A DNA stretch of 64,000 nucleotides from Gammaproteobacteria bacterium (GTDB lineage: Bacteria; Pseudomonadota; Gammaproteobacteria; Pseudomonadales; JAUIET01). Shown here piece by piece: positions 28,858-36,213 of this stretch; position 1 is the stretch's first letter, and each line of letters begins with the position of its first letter. The translations under genes and the position numbers were made by a program. Under the pieces are notes generated by a model. That model was not told the origin of the DNA. It searched no databases and was given only the letters and a program-made list of their open reading frames with translations. The stretch is taken from positions 292,414 to 356,413 of the forward strand of contig JAUIET010000002.1 of NCBI GenBank assembly GCA_030429735.1, in the 5' to 3' direction.

Positions 28858-29670
28858 CTAATTAGCCAATAACCGTAAGTCCTGTGCATAGCTGACCGCA
28901 GGATAATGAAAAGGCACTGGGCCATCCGCAAGTCCTTGAATAAACTGTTGAACCTGCTGGGAATCGTTACGTTTTAGGTCAGCTGGGCTACCGTGTGCGA
29001 TAACGTGGGTATCAGAAACAATGTACATATAGTCAGCGATAGCTGCGGTCATGTCGATATCATGTGAGACGATAATGCTGGTCAAGCCAAGTGCGTCGTT
29101 CAGTAAACTGATTAAACGTACGATCACGCCTTTGGAGATTGGATCTTGTCCGGCGAACGGCTCATCGTACATGATGATATCCGGATCAAGAGCGATTGCC
29201 CGCGCCAGTGCAACTCTACGCTGCATGCCTCCAGACAACTCAAATGGCATCATGTTTTTGGCTCCTCTTAGGCCAACTGCTTCAAGTTTCATTAACACGA
29301 TGTCGTTTAACATGTCTTCGGGAAGGGATGTGTGCACACGTAATGGAAAGGCGATGTTTTCGAAAACATTAAGGTCGGTAAACAGTGCACCACTTTGAAA
29401 CAACATACCCATCCGGGCCCTGAGGGTCAGCAAGTCTCTGCGCTTTAGCGTCGCAAGGTTATGTCCGTCAACGATTACCTGACCACCATTGTCAGCCAGA
29501 AGTTGGCCGCCTATCAGTTTCAGTAACGTTGTTTTGCCCGAACCGCTTGGCCCAAATATGGCAGTGATCTTCCCTCGCTCAATATTCAAACTTACGCTGT
29601 CGTAGATTTGGCGAGCGCCAAAACTGAAGCTCACATCGTGAAACTGAATAAGCGGTTGTTCATTCATCAC
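28858..29670 (-). CDS. mlaF: ABC ATPase MlaF
   Basis: 270 aa with Walker A GPSGSGKTT, signature LSGGMQRRVALARA and Walker B IIMYDEP. Confidence 0.9.
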   Translation of the reverse strand: MMNEQPLIQFHDVSFSFGARQIYDSVSLNIERGKITAIFGPSGSGKTTLLKLIGGQLLADNGGQVIVDGHNLATLKRRDLLTLRARMGMLFQSGALFTDLNVFENIAFPLRVHTSLPEDMLNDIVLMKLEAVGLRGAKNMMPFELSGGMQRRVALARAIALDPDIIMYDEPFAGQDPISKGVIVRLISLLNDALGLTSIIVSHDIDMTAAIADYMYIVSDTHVIAHGSPADLKRNDSQQVQQFIQGLADGPVPFHYPAVSYAQDLRLLAN

Positions 29671-29678
29671 TAAGCTGG

Positions 29679-31151
29679 CTATTCTAGTTCTGAGCCTGAG
29701 ATAGTTGCCCTAGACGCTATTTTTTTAAAAGATTTCTGCAAGTAAGCAGCGAGCAGATCAACATCGGGAACGATGTCTCGGTCGGCTTGTATTGCCCAGC
29801 ATAGCTTGCCATCATAGCTAAGAACACCGATACACATGCCAACTTCGCCAATCAGAGGTGCAAGCGGGTAGCAGCTCAGCATCCTGGCACCACAGATGTA
29901 CATAGCTTGTTGAGGCCCGGGTACGTTCGTTACGTAACTGTTGATAGGACCGGCAGCGGATTCCATTGTGCTGGATAACATTCCTGGCATAAACTGGATC
30001 AGGGATGATAAGAGCTTTATCCCGGAAGATTGTGCTTTTTTGTTCAGATGTCGTGTTTGTTTTGAGATGCTTTCAAGCTGTTTTGTCAGGCGCGATTCTG
30101 ATACAGGTAGCTCGAGCATTACGATAGATATTTCGTTGTGTGGTTGCGGCTTATCATCAGCGTGCTCGGCTCGTAGATTCACCGGCATGCCGATTCGAAA
30201 CGATCCGGAGCGCAGATCGAATTTCTTGTGCTGCAGAAAGCGTCGTATTGCTTGTGTTGCAACCAGTAAAACTACGTTATTGATCGTTGTATTATGGTGA
30301 CACTTGATCCGCTTAACGTCCTCTAGCGAAACTTCAAGACACGCTACTCGTCGATGTGAGCCAACCTTGCCGTTAAGTGGAGTATCGGAACGCTGATGCT
30401 TCATTTTGTCGGCAAACAATTCCGCCATAGACGTGGTCGACGTTTTGAGTTCATTCAGTGCATGTAATGGGTTCAGGAACAAACGTACGCTTTCTTTAGC
30501 AGCATCGATAGACCAATCCAGCTTTTGCTGGCGAATAGCACGACGCAAATCGTTCGGCCTCGGCGCGGCACGTGGATGATAGATCGGTGGGCGCTTGGGC
30601 TGACTCTGCTGGTCAAATGACAACAGGTGCTGAGCAAGCTCAACACTGGCAATACCATCTGCCATGCAGTGATGAATTTTGAACAGAATTGCAAAGCGGT
30701 TTTCCGAGAGCCCTTCAATAACCCAGGTTTCCCACAGCGGCCGGTCACGGTCCAGTGTATGAGACATGATTTCAGCTACGAGTGTATGCAGTTGATGCTC
30801 AAGCCCTGGTCTTGGCACGCTGGCATGGCGGAGATGGTAATCCAGCTCAAAATCCGGGTCGTCAACCCACACCGGTGGTTCGGTCTGGAATCGCTCTAAC
30901 CAGGTTTCCAAATGCACTGAGTGATCAGTGCCCACTGGCCACAGTAGTTTTTGGCGATAGCGCGGCACATGATGCATAACGCTCGCGAAGCATTTTCTTA
31001 AGGTCCCGAAATCTATGCCGCCTTTATGTGTGCGCAGCTTACCACTTCTAAAAATAGCAAGCCCCGCAACATGCATGGGCAAATTCGCGCGCTCAATGGC
31101 CAGAAATCCATAGTCAGTAAGGCTTAATGGTTCAAAGTGAAATTGCCGCAT
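29679..31151 (-). CDS. wax ester synthase/diacylglycerol acyltransferase (WS/DGAT)
   Basis: 490 aa from ATG 31151 with the HHCMADG (HHxxxDG) active-site motif. Its stop is 8 nt before the mlaF start. Confidence 0.85.
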   Translation of the reverse strand: MRQFHFEPLSLTDYGFLAIERANLPMHVAGLAIFRSGKLRTHKGGIDFGTLRKCFASVMHHVPRYRQKLLWPVGTDHSVHLETWLERFQTEPPVWVDDPDFELDYHLRHASVPRPGLEHQLHTLVAEIMSHTLDRDRPLWETWVIEGLSENRFAILFKIHHCMADGIASVELAQHLLSFDQQSQPKRPPIYHPRAAPRPNDLRRAIRQQKLDWSIDAAKESVRLFLNPLHALNELKTSTTSMAELFADKMKHQRSDTPLNGKVGSHRRVACLEVSLEDVKRIKCHHNTTINNVVLLVATQAIRRFLQHKKFDLRSGSFRIGMPVNLRAEHADDKPQPHNEISIVMLELPVSESRLTKQLESISKQTRHLNKKAQSSGIKLLSSLIQFMPGMLSSTMESAAGPINSYVTNVPGPQQAMYICGARMLSCYPLAPLIGEVGMCIGVLSYDGKLCWAIQADRDIVPDVDLLAAYLQKSFKKIASRATISGSELE

Positions 31152-31191
31152 TGTTACTGTGCGTGAAGCTCTAGTGGGTGGAATACAGCTC

Positions 31192-31737
31192 TTATTTCTT
31201 GCTTGGAAACTCAACCAAAATTGACCGAACAATATCCTCTACCGCCTCGCGAGAGTCGCGCCGATCATCCAGTCTCAGAGGGCGTTGAGCCCAACCACGC
31301 CAACGGGGTTCGCCAGTTTCTCCATCGAACACATCAACAGCGACAAATCCGGTGGTATGAACACGCTCCCGTTTCTCCACAACAGTGTCATTGGTGTGAT
31401 AACGGCCTGGAAAGTATATGGTCTCATCAACAACTTGCTGAGTACTGACGACGATGCTGATGTAAAAATCAATGTATTCCCCGGTCTCAAAATATTCGTA
31501 GCCCGCTCGCTCAAACCCGGCCCGAACCTGCGCTTGCAGCTCTGCTGTCATTAGCGGGCTTATGGTTTGACTGTCGTCATACACCAGAACTGGAGAAGAA
31601 TGTAACCAGCTGAACGAGGAATACTGTGACAGGGTGCTTTCCTCGATATAACACTCCGAGCCGGATTGCATGCCTGCACAGGCGCAAACGAACAGCACGC
31701 ACATCAATCCCAATACCCGCTTGCAGTGTTTACGCAT
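31192..31737 (-). CDS. DUF4136-like lipoprotein
   Basis: 181 aa with a lipobox-like LFVCAC after a signal peptide. The C-terminal part resembles DUF4136 (VAVDVFDGETGEPRWRGWA). Confidence 0.6.
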   Translation of the reverse strand: MRKHCKRVLGLMCVLFVCACAGMQSGSECYIEESTLSQYSSFSWLHSSPVLVYDDSQTISPLMTAELQAQVRAGFERAGYEYFETGEYIDFYISIVVSTQQVVDETIYFPGRYHTNDTVVEKRERVHTTGFVAVDVFDGETGEPRWRGWAQRPLRLDDRRDSREAVEDIVRSILVEFPSKK

Positions 31738-31798
31738 AACTCACTTCCTCCATGCAGTTCTTCGTTTAATAGTATTAACCCGCTCGGTGAGTTTCGCA

Positions 31799-31812
31799 TT
31801 GATAGCGATCAA
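31799..31812. promoter_or_regulatory. FNR/Anr-type box, perfect (TTGATagcgATCAA)
   Basis: Its centre is 68.5 nt upstream of the DUF4136 lipoprotein start (31737). This is the only obvious promoter element ahead of the 5.9-kb lipid operon. Confidence 0.7.
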
Positions 31813-31836
31813 GACTGGAGGCGTAAGACTCAATGC

Positions 31837-32631
31837 TCAAGATACCAGAACAATGGTACATGGCATGCTGTTTAGCAGATCTTTATAGTGTTGCTCGGCC
31901 AGAATTGAACTGTCGCGGGAAACAATCAATAAATCGTCAGGTGATAGTCGCTCAGAAGACAATGTTTCGTTTCCGGCAAGACTATAACCATTTTTTAGCT
32001 GATGCTCGTCTTTGCCTTCTTCCAGAAGTTTATCGACCTGCTGCTGCAGTTTATCGCGGGCGGCCTGTTCAACCTCAGGTAATACGAGAGTCATTCTGAT
32101 GTTCTGAGCCTGCGCCAGTCTTCGAGCAAACACCAGCGCCCTGCTGGCGCCTGGGGAGCCGTCATAGAAGAGTTGTACCGATCCGATGTTGGACTTGGGA
32201 TACAAGCCAAGAGCTCTGTTGTAGCTTCTTTGTTTAAGCCTGCAGAGAAAGGCGATATCAGCGTGCAGGGACGCGTCGAGTGCTTCAAATAGATAATTCC
32301 CGCGAACTGTTCTGGCAACAACTTCAATTTGGTGTTGCTGGGCGAGCTGCTCCAACATTTGGCGGGATCGCATTGAACGCAGTTTCAGCGCACGATCAAC
32401 ATGGGCTTTATCCAGTGGGCGAACCTGTCCGGATATTCGATCGATTTCAATCGAGAACGGCAAATCTGCCATTCGCACAAGATCAAGATCTTCCACCAGC
32501 AATGCATGCAGTTGAGAATTAAATCGTCTGGCCATCAAAATAGCGTTTTCAATCACGGCCTGATACGGTGCTGTGGTGTCAACAACCAGTAGTACGCTGT
32601 TCTTTTCCGTATCATTGTTACCGATGTTCAT
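31837..32631 (-). CDS. hypothetical protein, possibly a degenerate tandem USP-like (alpha/beta) protein
   Basis: 264 aa from ATG 32631, overlapping the protease stop by 14 nt. Beta-strand/helix pattern (VLLVVD..., LHALLVED, VQLFYDGSPGA, CTIVLV) without the USP ATP-binding glycine motif. Confidence 0.45.
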   Translation of the reverse strand: MNIGNNDTEKNSVLLVVDTTAPYQAVIENAILMARRFNSQLHALLVEDLDLVRMADLPFSIEIDRISGQVRPLDKAHVDRALKLRSMRSRQMLEQLAQQHQIEVVARTVRGNYLFEALDASLHADIAFLCRLKQRSYNRALGLYPKSNIGSVQLFYDGSPGASRALVFARRLAQAQNIRMTLVLPEVEQAARDKLQQQVDKLLEEGKDEHQLKNGYSLAGNETLSSERLSPDDLLIVSRDSSILAEQHYKDLLNSMPCTIVLVS

Positions 32632-35023
32632 TTGACTCTCTTTTAGACGCAAAAGTGGCCCGAGCCAGCGCGAATCGATTGATGCTCTCCTGTACCAATG
32701 CGTTGACACTGTTTACCGTAAACTGCTCACCAATCAGTTCACCTGCTTCCACGCCGGTGAGCAGTTCTATTGCCTGGTCAACTGTTTCAACGGCATACAC
32801 TTTGAATTCACCTCGATCTACTGCCTCAACCACGTCATTGCGAAGCATTAGATGCCGCACATTTGATGCGGGAATCACCACTCCCTGGCCGTCAACCAGC
32901 CCTCGTAACTTGCACACATCGTAAAAACCTTCGATCTTCTCGTTAACGCCACCAATTGCCTGCACTTTGCCGTGTTGGTTTACCGAGCCGGTCATCGCAA
33001 AGCATTGCTTGATGGGTAGCTTTGACAATGCTGAGAGCAGGGCACACAGCTCGGCAAGAGAAGCGCTGTCTCCATCAACGCCACCGTAGCTCTGCTCAAA
33101 CACCAGACTGGCTGCAAGTGACAATGGAACCTCTTGGGCGTAGCGCGAACCAAGAAACCCCGAGAGAATCAGTACGCCTTTGGAATGTAACGCGCCACCC
33201 AGTTCCGTTTCGCGTTCAATATCTACAATATTGCCAGTGCCCAGGCGAACCGTGGCCGTTATTCGCGAGGGTTGACCGAATGTGAAAGTACCCAGTTGCA
33301 GTACTGACAGCGCGTTCACCTGGCCAATCTGAGCTCCATCAGTATCAATTAGCACCGTTCCCTGGTGTATGTTTTCGTATAGGCGTGCTCGAATACGATC
33401 GGCTCTGTATATTCGCTGGTCAATCGATTTCTGTACATCTGCACGTCCGATGGTGTCGCGGCCGGCCTGGCGCGCCCAATAATTCGATTCGCGGACCAAT
33501 TCGTCGATACTGCGCATATGGGTTGTCAGCTTCTCTCCGTCCCCAGCCATTCGCGCCGATTGATCAACAATTCTTGATAGGCCGGAACCGTCAATGGATA
33601 GCAGCTGCTCCTCATTTGCCAACCGGGTTACCATATTCGCCAACAAAGTGGCGTTCTCGGGATTTCGATCAATACGATCATCAAAATCTGCGGACACTTT
33701 AAACAGATCCGGAAACTCCGGGTCGTAAGCGTTTAACAGGTAGTAGAGGTGGCGCTCGCCGACAAGGACAACCTTGAGCGCAAGAGGGATGGGCTCTGGC
33801 TCGAGACTCACGGTACTCACAAAACCGTATCGATTTTCCAATGATTCGATTCTAATTTCGTTTGACTTTAGCGCTCTTTTCAAACTGTCGTAAGCAAGTG
33901 GCTGCATAAGCAGCTGCCTGGCATCCAGCACCAGATAGCCACCGTTCGCGTGATGCAGGGCGCCTGGCTTCACCAGGGTAAAGTCTGTATGCAGCGTGCC
34001 CATATGGGCAACATGTTCGGCCCTTCCCATCAGATTGGCGTGCGTGGGCAAGTTTTCCTCTACGACTTGTGCGCACTGATTACTTGACTGATCAACCAGA
34101 GTATTGACCTCATAGCGACGCAACACACTTTGCTCACTTTCACCAAAAGCGAACGTCATTTCCTGTGGTGAACGTGGTCTAAAGTCCGCAAAGTTTGCAA
34201 TCACGTCTGTCTCAACGTCGCTCAGGTATTGCTGTAAGCAATCAAGCCCGTGAAAATCTTGTTTGAGCGCGGAAATAGAATGATGGATTGCCAGCTGTGC
34301 GGTTTGCTCATTCAGCGCTCTGATTTTCTGGCCAAGTTCTTTCTTCCATAAGGGGAACTTGCGCACCAGTTTCTGTAACTTGGGCTGCAGTTCCTCAATT
34401 GCAGCCTGAATTTCTTGCTGCTCGTGCTCCTGCAACTGTTCGTACTGTTCTGGCGAAATCACCTCAGAATTTTTATTCAGTGGCGCAAACCCGTAGCCCG
34501 CGGGCGTTTGAATCATGCCAATTTTTTTCTCGCGTGCTTCTTTTGCTATCTTTTCCAGTTCACGCGCTTGGCGCGCCTCCACTTCCTCACCCAATTCAGT
34601 TACTTTTGCCTGATGTTCCTCCGAATCAAACGCAGCCACTATCGCGATCTTCAGCTCCTCCATCAACTGAGACATCGCCGACTTCAGCGCCATGCCTTGA
34701 CCAGTCGGCAATTGCAATAGAGTAGGCTTGCTGGGGTTCTGGAAGTTATTGACGTAGCAACAATCCATGGCCGGCGGCTTTCCCGCTACATCGTTTGCCA
34801 GCATCTGCTTGACGGCCTGCAGCATGCCGCTGCCGGATTGTCCAAGTACGAAAATGTTATAGCCATCGCCACTCATGCCCATGCCAAAGCGCAAGGAATC
34901 TTCTGCGCGCTGATGACCCAGGAGCAGGTTCGAATTGGCTGTTGATTCAACAACCGTGTTGAATTCGTCCTCAGTGGTACGTCTGCAGAGCGCTTCAGCG
35001 GGTAGTGGATGCAATGTGTTCAT
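32618..35023 (-). CDS. Lon-family protease with degenerate AAA-like domain (LonC-like)
   Basis: 801 aa. The P-loop position reads GQSGSGM with no Lys. A long coiled-coil insertion is present. The C-terminal S16 protease domain has MTGSVNQHGKV...GGVNEKIEG (Ser-Lys dyad context). Confidence 0.8.
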   Translation of the reverse strand: MNTLHPLPAEALCRRTTEDEFNTVVESTANSNLLLGHQRAEDSLRFGMGMSGDGYNIFVLGQSGSGMLQAVKQMLANDVAGKPPAMDCCYVNNFQNPSKPTLLQLPTGQGMALKSAMSQLMEELKIAIVAAFDSEEHQAKVTELGEEVEARQARELEKIAKEAREKKIGMIQTPAGYGFAPLNKNSEVISPEQYEQLQEHEQQEIQAAIEELQPKLQKLVRKFPLWKKELGQKIRALNEQTAQLAIHHSISALKQDFHGLDCLQQYLSDVETDVIANFADFRPRSPQEMTFAFGESEQSVLRRYEVNTLVDQSSNQCAQVVEENLPTHANLMGRAEHVAHMGTLHTDFTLVKPGALHHANGGYLVLDARQLLMQPLAYDSLKRALKSNEIRIESLENRYGFVSTVSLEPEPIPLALKVVLVGERHLYYLLNAYDPEFPDLFKVSADFDDRIDRNPENATLLANMVTRLANEEQLLSIDGSGLSRIVDQSARMAGDGEKLTTHMRSIDELVRESNYWARQAGRDTIGRADVQKSIDQRIYRADRIRARLYENIHQGTVLIDTDGAQIGQVNALSVLQLGTFTFGQPSRITATVRLGTGNIVDIERETELGGALHSKGVLILSGFLGSRYAQEVPLSLAASLVFEQSYGGVDGDSASLAELCALLSALSKLPIKQCFAMTGSVNQHGKVQAIGGVNEKIEGFYDVCKLRGLVDGQGVVIPASNVRHLMLRNDVVEAVDRGEFKVYAVETVDQAIELLTGVEAGELIGEQFTVNSVNALVQESINRFALARATFASKRESNEHR

Positions 35024-35058
35024 GGTGCATGAGTGTTGCAGATCAATAAGTTCTGGAA

Positions 35059-35072
35059 TTGATTGTTGTCAA
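35059..35072. promoter_or_regulatory. FNR/Anr-type box, one mismatch (TTGATtgttGTCAA)
   Basis: Its centre is 42.5 nt upstream of the Lon-like start (35023), within the 110-nt gap after the ferritin-like gene. Confidence 0.45.
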
Positions 35073-35133
35073 GTCCAATGGTGCTTTCCCTTGACCAGCG
35101 CTATACATGAATTGTTAAACGCTTTGCTGGCCA

Positions 35134-35421
35134 TTACTCATGAGCTATTGGTTTGTCAGTGAATACATAATCTCTGAGCTCTTTTTCGAAAGAGAGATCT
35201 TTGCGGCGAATCCACTCAATAACCATTGCCGCGTGTTCTTTTTCCTCATCGCGATTGTGGGCCAGGATAGCTTTAAGCTCCGGGTCCTTGCACGCGTCCA
35301 CCCGCTGGTTATACCAGTCCACAGCCTCTAGTTCTTCCATCAAAGAAGTAATCGCTCTGTGCATATCTCGGGTTTCATTGCTTAGTTCTGAAATCGGCTC
35401 GTGGTACCCTTCATTGGCCAT
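35134..35421 (-). CDS. encapsulated-ferritin-like (EncFtn family) protein without a targeting peptide
   Basis: 95 aa. HEPISELSNETRDMHRAITSLMEELEAVDWYNQRVDACKDPELKAILAHNRDEEKEHAAM closely matches the EncFtn core as I recall it. The protein ends right after ...FTDKPIAHE. Confidence 0.8.
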   Translation of the reverse strand: MANEGYHEPISELSNETRDMHRAITSLMEELEAVDWYNQRVDACKDPELKAILAHNRDEEKEHAAMVIEWIRRKDLSFEKELRDYVFTDKPIAHE

Positions 35422-35554
35422 AATTATTCCTCTGTTTACCTATAGATATTTCGATCGCTCAATTACCAGCATGCGGGCTTAATCTAAACGAGTGTAGGTA
35501 CGATGTGCTGCTTTCGAGTGCACGTATTTATATACTTTGATTCGTCGTGTGGTG

Positions 35555-35568
35555 TTGATCGTTATCAA
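35555..35568. promoter_or_regulatory. FNR/Anr-type box, perfect (TTGATcgttATCAA)
   Basis: In the divergent region. Its centre is 140.5 nt from the EncFtn-like start (35421) and 144.5 nt from the trxC ATG (35706). Confidence 0.6.
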
Positions 35569-35705
35569 TACTTAACTCTAAATTGATCGCATAATCTGCC
35601 TGTTTCGCAACATGAGAGCATATATCGTGCGATTGGTGATAGATGTTGAAAAGTGCGTTACAGACGTTCTGACACGTTTACTTCGTTACCACATGAGATA
35701 AACCA

Positions 35706-36164
35706 ATGACCAGTGTCATCCATATCGTGTGCCCAAATTGCTGGTGTACTAACAGAGTGCCGGCCGAACGAATTGAAAACAGGCCCAAATGTGGTGAGTG
35801 CAAGCAGGCGATTTTTAGTGCTTACCCTGTCGACCTTTCGGAAGCAAACTTCGACCGCTTTTTCTATCGAAGTGATATTCCCATAATTGTCGATTTTTGG
35901 GCCCCATGGTGTGCACCATGCCTTTCGATGGCTACGGCCTATCAGAAAGCAGCGCTTGCATTGGAGCCGCATTTTCAACTTGCGAAAATAAACATAGACA
36001 GTGAACCTGCCATAGCTACTCGCTTTGGGATTCAGAGTGTTCCAACGCTTTGCATTTTTCGCAAAGGCAGGGAGCTTTCCAGAATGCATGGCGCTGTAGG
36101 GTCAGATTCGATCGTTGAATGGGCATCAGCGTTTAGCCAGATCGAACCTGCGAACTTATGTTAA
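35706..36164 (+). CDS. trxC: thioredoxin 2 (zinc-finger N-terminal extension)
   Basis: 152 aa with N-terminal CPNC...CGEC zinc-finger pairs and active site WCAPC (a variant of WCGPC). The last codons and the stop lie in a MITE-end repeat. Confidence 0.9.
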   Translation: MTSVIHIVCPNCWCTNRVPAERIENRPKCGECKQAIFSAYPVDLSEANFDRFFYRSDIPIIVDFWAPWCAPCLSMATAYQKAALALEPHFQLAKINIDSEPAIATRFGIQSVPTLCIFRKGRELSRMHGAVGSDSIVEWASAFSQIEPANLC

Positions 36165-36174
36165 GGGACACTAG
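36151..36174. repeat. solo copy of the MITE terminal repeat (24/24 nt identical to the right TIR)
   Basis: CGAACTTATGTTAAGGGACACTAG equals 41175..41198. It overlaps the last 4 sense codons and the TAA stop of trxC. Confidence 0.7.
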
Positions 36175-36213
36175 ATGCTGGCGCTGAATGCTTGGCAACA
36201 ATGATCGATTCCA

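Noticed and set aside
32618-35023. Lon-like protease as a BREX BrxL-type defence component
   Set aside because: No PglX methyltransferase, PglZ, BrxA/B/C or other defence genes are nearby. The neighbours are stress and metabolic genes, and the domain layout fits LonC/AsrA-type proteins better.
35024-35705. Search for an encapsulin shell gene next to the EncFtn-like gene
   Set aside because: No ORF of suitable size (about 260-300 aa, HK97 fold) exists on either side. The flanks are the Lon-like protease and trxC.
35658-36089. 143-aa ORF on the minus strand
   Set aside because: It is antisense to trxC, which has unambiguous thioredoxin-2 motifs. No motif or RBS supports the antisense frame.
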